NCBI GenBank assembly: GCA_964364715.1
Contig: CAYING010000004.1
Coordinates: forward strand, 4,376 to 64,343
Direction of reading: 5' to 3'
DNA: 59,968 bases
Source of the DNA: an uncultured Planctomycetales bacterium
GTDB taxonomy: Bacteria > Omnitrophota > Gorgyraeia > Zapsychrales > GWA2-47-8
A program made the translations under genes and the position numbers. Under the pieces are notes generated by a model that was given only the letters and a program-made list of their open reading frames with translations, had not been told where the DNA came from and ran no database searches. Positions 53,957 through 59,968 of this stretch are shown here, one piece after another (within the stretch, counting starts at the first letter, position 1; each line of letters starts with the position of its first letter).

Positions 53957-54955
53957 ATGGAATTGAAGGGAAAAAAAATTTTAGTCACGGGCGCCGATGG
54001 CTTTATCGGATCGCATCTGGTGGAAGCCCTGGTTGATGCCGGCTGCCTGGTCACAGCATTTGTTTTTTATAATTCATTTAACAGCTGGGGCTGGCTGGAT
54101 ACTTTTTCTCAGGCAAAGCTGAAGAAGATTAGGGTGGTTCCCGGAGATGTCCGTGATTCTCATGCTGTGCGGGAAGTGATGAAGGGACAGGATATCGTCT
54201 TTCATCTGGCGGCATTGATCGGCATTCCATTCAGCTATCATTCCCCGGACCTCTATTTGGATACCAATGTTAAAGGGACGGTCAATATTCTACAAGCTGC
54301 CAAGGATCTGGCAACACGGAAAGTATTGATTACATCGACGTCGGAAGTGTACGGAACGGCGTTGCGAGTTCCTATCGATGAAACGCATCCTCGTCAGGGA
54401 CAATCTCCATATTCAGCGACCAAGATCGCGGCTGACGCGCTCACCGAGGCCTTTTACTGCAGTTTCAATTTGCCGGTTACGACCGTCCGGCCGTTCAATA
54501 CTTACGGACCGAGACAGTCGGCACGGGCGATCATTCCAACGATCATCACGCAATTACTGGCCGGTAAACGCGAGATACAATTGGGCGCGTTGAACCCCGT
54601 CCGGGATTTTATATTTGTAAAGGATACTGTTGCCGGATTTTTGGCGATAGCAAGGTCCGAGAAAGTGATAGGACAGGAGATCAATGTCGCTCGGCAGATG
54701 GAAATTTCCGTTGAAGAATTGGCAAAAAAGATCATCAGGAAGATCAATCCTAAGGCAAAAATTGTCAGCGATCGATCGAGGTTCAGGCCTTCCAAAAGCG
54801 AGGTAACACGGCTGCTGGGTGATAACACAAAGCTGCGGATATTGACCGATTGGGAACCGCGTTATGACTACGAAAAAGGGCTGGATGAAACGATCGTGTG
54901 GTTCAGAAAGAAGGAAAATTTGCTGCGTTATAAAACAGACATCTATAATTTATAA
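53957..54955 (+). CDS. legB: NAD-dependent 4,6-dehydratase, LegB-like
   Basis: VTGADGFIGSHL, YNSFNSWGWLD, HLAALIGIPFSY, TSTSEVYGTA, QSPYSATK and RPFNTYGPRQSARA. Confidence 0.8.
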   Translation: MELKGKKILVTGADGFIGSHLVEALVDAGCLVTAFVFYNSFNSWGWLDTFSQAKLKKIRVVPGDVRDSHAVREVMKGQDIVFHLAALIGIPFSYHSPDLYLDTNVKGTVNILQAAKDLATRKVLITSTSEVYGTALRVPIDETHPRQGQSPYSATKIAADALTEAFYCSFNLPVTTVRPFNTYGPRQSARAIIPTIITQLLAGKREIQLGALNPVRDFIFVKDTVAGFLAIARSEKVIGQEINVARQMEISVEELAKKIIRKINPKAKIVSDRSRFRPSKSEVTRLLGDNTKLRILTDWEPRYDYEKGLDETIVWFRKKENLLRYKTDIYNL

Positions 54956-54975
54956 TCTCATAATAGGGAAGATTT

Positions 54976-55962
54976 ATGGAAAAAACAGTTTTGGTGACAG
55001 GCGGAGCCGGCTATGTGGGGTCACGGTTGGTGGGGGTTCTTTTGGAGCACGGTTATCGTGTGGTCGTTTTTGATAACTTGAGCTTCGGGGGAGAGGCTCT
55101 GCTCAGTTTCTGGCATAATCCCCATTTTAAGTTTGTGTGCGGTGATATCGCCTCCAAAAAAAATATGAACGCCCTTTTCCGTGATCAGAAAATTAATGCG
55201 GTTGTACACCTGGCTGCCATCGTCGGTGATCCGGCGTGCGCCAAACATTCGGATTTGGCACGGCGGGTGAATTGGGAGGGATCATCCCTGCTGCTGGAAT
55301 TGTCCAAAAAAAATCATGTAGAGCGGTTCATCTTTGCTTCGACCTGCAGCAATTATGGAAAAATGTCGGATCCTTACGGATATGTGGATGAGACATCAAA
55401 GCTGGCGCCGGTTTCCCTCTATGCCGAGCTGAAAGTTAAGTTCGAGAACATCATTTTGAATGAAATGAAGAAAGACGATGCATTCTGCCCGACGTCGCTG
55501 CGTTTCGCCACTGTTTACGGAATATCTCCGCGGATGCGTTTTGATCTGACCATCAACGAGTTCACCAAGGACCTCGTCCTCGGCCGTGAGTTGGAGGTCT
55601 TTGGGGAACAATTCTGGCGGCCGTATTGCCATGTGTATGATTTTGCCCGCGCCATGATGCTCGTTTTGGAGAGCGATAAACGGAAGATCGCCTACAATGT
55701 TTTTAACGTCGGAGATACGCAAGAGAACTATCAGAAGAAAATGATTTTTGACGAGATCCAAAAAGTGATCCCTTCGGCGAAGGTAAAATTCGTGCAGAAA
55801 GGCGAGGATCCGCGCGATTACCGTGTTTCTTTTGAAAAGATCAAGCGGGAGCTTGGATTTAAGATTTCCAAACGTGTGTCAGACGGGATAAAGGAGATCA
55901 AATATGCGATTGAAAACAAGATCGTCATTAACCCGGATGATCCCAAATACCGTAATAGTTGA
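54976..55962 (+). CDS. NAD-dependent epimerase/dehydratase
   Basis: VTGGAGYVG, HLAAIVGDPAC, ASTCSNYG, YAELK, LRFATVYG.SPRMRFDL and DPRDY. Same subfamily as 1..579. Confidence 0.9.
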   Translation: MEKTVLVTGGAGYVGSRLVGVLLEHGYRVVVFDNLSFGGEALLSFWHNPHFKFVCGDIASKKNMNALFRDQKINAVVHLAAIVGDPACAKHSDLARRVNWEGSSLLLELSKKNHVERFIFASTCSNYGKMSDPYGYVDETSKLAPVSLYAELKVKFENIILNEMKKDDAFCPTSLRFATVYGISPRMRFDLTINEFTKDLVLGRELEVFGEQFWRPYCHVYDFARAMMLVLESDKRKIAYNVFNVGDTQENYQKKMIFDEIQKVIPSAKVKFVQKGEDPRDYRVSFEKIKRELGFKISKRVSDGIKEIKYAIENKIVINPDDPKYRNS

Positions 55963-55980
55963 AACCGGGAGGAGAAATTC

Positions 55981-57741
55981 ATGAGGCGTGTTGTGAGCAG
56001 CAGGATCCTGAATTTCCTTTTTTTTGCTCTCTTCGTTCTTCTTTTTTTCAGCATTGGTCCGAATTTTCGCGAGGATGATTGGGGCGCCATCCGCAAAGTC
56101 ATTCATCCGGAATATTACAGCACCGGTGAATTCTTCCACATCGACCTGACTAAATACAATCCCTATTATAATCATTACTACCTTTCCGGTTTTGTCATTA
56201 AGTTATTGAACTGTGAGGAGAATTTTGCGGTTGCCGGGAAGTTGTTCTGGCTCTTGGAACACGGCATTATCGCGATCTTATTTTTAGTGTTGGCGAATCA
56301 TCTTTTCCGCAGGGATCAGTTCATTACGATTTTAACTTTTTTATGGGTCATCTTTAATTCGCCCACTCCGTGGGCGGAGCCGAAGTTTGCTGCCGCTATT
56401 TTTATGATGCTGGCGATCCTTTTTTATCTTAAGGAAAAATTTTTTGCATCCGCTTTTTTTGGGGCCGCCATGTTTTATTTTCACATCGGTTTTGCGACAT
56501 GGTGGTTGCTGACTTTTTTCTTCGCCCTCGCGTGGCTGTGGCTGAAAGATAGGAAAATTTCCTTTAAACAGTGCGCGCAATATGCCTCAGCTCTTATTAT
56601 TTTTGCATCTCCGATCTTATGGGTATATTTTCAGCGATTAACAGACTCAAAGGTTGATCCTTTTACCAATCTTTACGCTTATTATGCCCTAGGCTATCAG
56701 GCGTCCCCTCTCTTGGCTTTTCAAGAGGCTCCGGGGTTCATTGTGAACCGGATTTTATCTGTTATCTTGGTGCTGTTCGGAGTAGAAAAGGCTGTTGCCG
56801 TTGGATTTACTAGCCAGAAAATTCGGCCCATCGCCTGGGGGGTTATCACGCTTATATTTGTACAGTTTATTTTCGGTGATCTTCTTGGGATCATGGCGGT
56901 CAGTAAAACTCAGCTTGTACGCGCACCTGTTATTACTGATGTGCTTTGGCCGATATTTGTCAGTTTCTTGGTGGTCTTTCAGGCAAGACAGAAAAGGTAT
57001 TTTGGGTTGGTCTTTGCTCTCTTAATTATGTGGGGGTATAATCTTGTTCCCTCGATCTTAGGTTTTGATATTTATGCAGCACAGAATATTTTCTTTGTGC
57101 TTCTTATTCTTAATGAAATATTTGAGGTGAAAATTTATGCATGGTTGAATAAAACCAATATCCGCATTCCCCGATCCGTTGACCGGTTCGCGCAACGGGC
57201 ATTCAATCCTGTGATAATCCTTCTCTTGGCTGTCGGTGTGATGGCCATTAAATTGCCGGTGGTAAAGCCGGTCATAAAAGCCGTATTAAAGCGCCCGGAT
57301 AACCCCGAGAAAGTAAGGCAGGTTAAAGTAAAGGAGGCATTTTTAGATACTTTCCGGTATTTTGACGAAAATGTTCCTTATGATGGTAAAGCGCTTCTTT
57401 CATATCCGTTTATTTATAGTTATATCTTCAATTACACGCATCATGAAATTTTTAATATTAACTCGGAGACGCCCATCCACAGCCTTTTTTATAACAATGA
57501 GCCTTCTTATAAGTTTCAGGAGATCTTCGAAAATGACCTAAAATGTACTATTGAGAAGACTTTTGTCACAAAAGACCCGCGTTGTTCCTGGGATAATCTT
57601 TGGGAAAACTTGAATGAAGAAACGATCAGGCAATGGCATGAGAAATACCAGCTGACCCATGTGGTGCGGGAGAAGGATCTCCCGCTCAATTTTCCTATTC
57701 TTTACGCGAATGAATTCTACGTAGTCTATGCGGTGCAATAA
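55981..57741 (+). CDS. Polytopic membrane protein with a C-terminal soluble domain (possible GT-C fold or glycan polymerase)
   Basis: Many hydrophobic segments, an acidic EDD after TM1, and a C-terminal Y..THVV..YANEFYVVY tail. Glycan-locus context. Confidence 0.5.
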   Translation: MRRVVSSRILNFLFFALFVLLFFSIGPNFREDDWGAIRKVIHPEYYSTGEFFHIDLTKYNPYYNHYYLSGFVIKLLNCEENFAVAGKLFWLLEHGIIAILFLVLANHLFRRDQFITILTFLWVIFNSPTPWAEPKFAAAIFMMLAILFYLKEKFFASAFFGAAMFYFHIGFATWWLLTFFFALAWLWLKDRKISFKQCAQYASALIIFASPILWVYFQRLTDSKVDPFTNLYAYYALGYQASPLLAFQEAPGFIVNRILSVILVLFGVEKAVAVGFTSQKIRPIAWGVITLIFVQFIFGDLLGIMAVSKTQLVRAPVITDVLWPIFVSFLVVFQARQKRYFGLVFALLIMWGYNLVPSILGFDIYAAQNIFFVLLILNEIFEVKIYAWLNKTNIRIPRSVDRFAQRAFNPVIILLLAVGVMAIKLPVVKPVIKAVLKRPDNPEKVRQVKVKEAFLDTFRYFDENVPYDGKALLSYPFIYSYIFNYTHHEIFNINSETPIHSLFYNNEPSYKFQEIFENDLKCTIEKTFVTKDPRCSWDNLWENLNEETIRQWHEKYQLTHVVREKDLPLNFPILYANEFYVVYAVQ

Positions 57742-57839
57742 GTAACGGCTCTCAATTAAAAAATAAAAAACTTCTGTTTTTGCAGAATCTTGTTACAATA
57801 AAACCAAATCAAAAACACTCTAAAAGGGGTCGGTTCGGT

Positions 57840-59447
57840 ATGGAATCTACGGTTGTTGACGAGTCAAAGTCTGACACAACTCTCTGCAGTATCTCTGATT
57901 TCAGGGTCATGGTCATTAATCCGCCGCAGGCATTTTCGAAGTTCGAAGTCGCGGCCGGTATCTCGCCGCCTCTCAATGTTATGTATTTAGGGGCGGTTTG
58001 CGAGAGAAAAGGTTATCAGATAAAGTGTTTGGACGCTTTGGTGGAGGCCCCTGCGCAAGTTACCGAATTAAAACCGACCTATTGCGCCCGCAGTTTAAAA
58101 TATGATGAGATCGTAGGCCGCATTGATCCGGCAACGCATGTGGTCGGCATCACTAATCTTTTTTCCGTTGCTTTCCCGATCGTTTTAGACCTTACCAAAC
58201 ATATTCGCGCAGACTATCCGCATATAAAGATCGTTGTCGGCGGGGCGCATCCTTCGGGGACACCGAAGGAAACGTTGAAACACCCTTCCATTGATTTTGT
58301 TATTTTAAGCGAGGGCGAAGATACTTTTATTGAACTGTGTGAATCTATCCGCACCAATCATTATGAAAATTTGCCCGCGATGGACGGGATCGCGTTCCGT
58401 AAGGGTGAAGAGATCATTGTTAAGCCTAAAACTAAATTTAATCAGAACCTGGACGCGATGCCGTTCCCGGCCAGGCATTTGCTTCCGCACAACCGTTATT
58501 CCGAATTGCACGAAGCGCACGGCCCGACGCAGGCGAAATATACGACGATGCTGTCATCCCGCGGCTGCCCGTACCGCTGCACATTTTGTACGCCGCAGTT
58601 GTGGAATTTTTCCTGGAGGATCCGTTCCGCCCAGAACGTCGTTGATGAAATGGAATTTTGCGTCAAAGAATACGGCGTTACCGAATTTCATTTTGAAGAT
58701 GAAAATTTGACGATCGACAAGCGAAGGATCTTGGAGATGTGCAACGAGATCAAAAGGCGCGGCCTGAAGGTCAAGTGGCAGACCCCGAACGGGATCCGGG
58801 CGAGCGTCACTGATTTTGAAATGCTTAAGGCGATGAAGGACTCGGGATGTTACCACATTACCGTCGCTCCGGAATCAGGTTCGCAGCGTGTCCTTAAGGA
58901 TATTGTCCAGAAAACTCAAAAGCTTGAGCAGGTTAATCTGGTTATTGAACGTGCTTCCAAACTTGGCATTAATGTGGCAGCCTATATGATGCTTGGCCTG
59001 CCGGGTGAAACTAAAGACGATGTCGAACAATCGATCCAATATATCAAACATATGGCCAGGATCGGGCTCGATGAATTCGCCTATGCGGTTTTCACGCCTC
59101 ATCCGGGGTCTGCGCTTTATACAAAATTGAAGGCGGAAGGCAAAGTTCCACAGACTTGGGAAGAATTGGCCAATGTCAGCGATATGACCAAGGCAAAATC
59201 CTGGTCGGAGTTTATGACTGATGACGAAGTTTATCAGTTAAGAAATCGCGCCTACCGTGAATTCTTTTTCACCCGTTTAAGGTATCATCCGTTGAAAATT
59301 CTTAAAAGCGTTTGGAATATCTTAAGAGGAAAGGAAACGCTTAAAGGCGAACGCGTTATTTTGACGTTCATCCGGCGGACGATCCTTGGGAAACTCAAAT
59401 ACAACAAATCAGAAAATAAAGCAGAACCTCATTTGGCGGCAGTTTAA
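57840..59447 (+). CDS. B12-binding-domain radical SAM protein
   Basis: VINPP..PPLN..YLGA, VGGAHPS, SEGE, SRGCPYRCTFC, FEDEN, APESGSQRVL and PHPGSALY. Start position is uncertain. Confidence 0.9.
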   Translation: MESTVVDESKSDTTLCSISDFRVMVINPPQAFSKFEVAAGISPPLNVMYLGAVCERKGYQIKCLDALVEAPAQVTELKPTYCARSLKYDEIVGRIDPATHVVGITNLFSVAFPIVLDLTKHIRADYPHIKIVVGGAHPSGTPKETLKHPSIDFVILSEGEDTFIELCESIRTNHYENLPAMDGIAFRKGEEIIVKPKTKFNQNLDAMPFPARHLLPHNRYSELHEAHGPTQAKYTTMLSSRGCPYRCTFCTPQLWNFSWRIRSAQNVVDEMEFCVKEYGVTEFHFEDENLTIDKRRILEMCNEIKRRGLKVKWQTPNGIRASVTDFEMLKAMKDSGCYHITVAPESGSQRVLKDIVQKTQKLEQVNLVIERASKLGINVAAYMMLGLPGETKDDVEQSIQYIKHMARIGLDEFAYAVFTPHPGSALYTKLKAEGKVPQTWEELANVSDMTKAKSWSEFMTDDEVYQLRNRAYREFFFTRLRYHPLKILKSVWNILRGKETLKGERVILTFIRRTILGKLKYNKSENKAEPHLAAV

Positions 59448-59466
59448 AGTGAAGCCGGAGTCCACT

Positions 59467-59968
59467 ATGAACGAAACAACATTAACCAAGCATGAGCATG
59501 TGGAACGCGAACCTGTCCAGCCGCTTAAGGCCATCAAGGAACGCTACCCAAGCTATAAATCCGTAAAGGAAGATAAAACCCGCCGTCCGACAGGCGCGAC
59601 GGTCGTATTCATCCATCCGGGGCCCACCATCGGCGGGAAAGAAGAAAAGGATCGTCTGTATGGAGCTTTAGCTAAGGCAGGGAGTTCGATCCCTCCGCAG
59701 GGGATATGTTCAATTGCAGCTATCCTGCGAAAGAATGGATATATTTCTTATGTTATTGACGCGGAACCTTTGGGTTTAGGCGCGGATGAGGTTGCCGAAG
59801 AAGCAATGAAATTTAACCCGAAGTATGTTGGTTTAACTTCTTACACGGTTTCGATCCGCGTGGCTGCCAGGATCGCTCAGCGAGTAAAAGCAATTGCCAA
59901 AGAGCGCGGCGTTGAAGTGAAAACGATCATCGGCGGGCCGCATATTACTTTTATGGAAAAGTCGACGC
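59467..59968 (+). CDS. B12-binding-domain (radical SAM) protein, 3'-truncated by window edge; not in the ORF track
   Basis: Translates as MNETT...VVFIHP...PPQGICSIAAILRKNGY..VIDAE..VGLTSYT..IIGGPHIT, the N-terminal B12-binding domain pattern. RBS GGAG. Confidence 0.8.
   Translation, partial: MNETTLTKHEHVEREPVQPLKAIKERYPSYKSVKEDKTRRPTGATVVFIHPGPTIGGKEEKDRLYGALAKAGSSIPPQGICSIAAILRKNGYISYVIDAEPLGLGADEVAEEAMKFNPKYVGLTSYTVSIRVAARIAQRVKAIAKERGVEVKTIIGGPHITFMEKST

Overview
Bacterial chromosomal window, almost entirely + strand, from a probable diderm anaerobe. Gene style and intergenic repeats resemble Ca. Omnitrophota/PVC, but this is inference only. Four blocks. (1) 1-14.9 kb: surface-glycan genes, including GDP-heptose enzymes (hddA, hddC, gmhB), manC, GT2/GT4/GT9/GT28 glycosyltransferases, a Lys->His DegT-family enzyme, a Maf/DUF115 protein and two B12-binding radical SAM enzymes. 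(2) 15-26.8 kb: housekeeping genes, namely a motif-degenerate priA, fmt, feoA/feoB, dedA, tandem galT (one copy lacking the catalytic His), gap and metF. (3) 26.9-37.9 kb, the standout: a cobalamin riboswitch with attenuator controls a six-gene operon. It encodes a CbrT-like ECF transporter, a DUF4430 protein and two large exported proteins that share a BtuH-like domain, one of them on a stalk of nine Ig-like repeats. No TonB-dependent receptor is present in the operon. (4) 38-60 kb: a MarR(EPS)-headed pseudaminic-acid-type nonulosonate cluster with many tailoring enzymes, a KpsS-like transferase, an ABC exporter, a second NeuA/LegB-like set and two more B12 radical SAM enzymes. Intergenic DNA carries three kinds of structured repeat: mirrored short tandem repeats, a ~95-nt covarying double hairpin found twice, and GC-rich short-loop palindromes. 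No rRNA, tRNA, CRISPR array or transposase was recognised.
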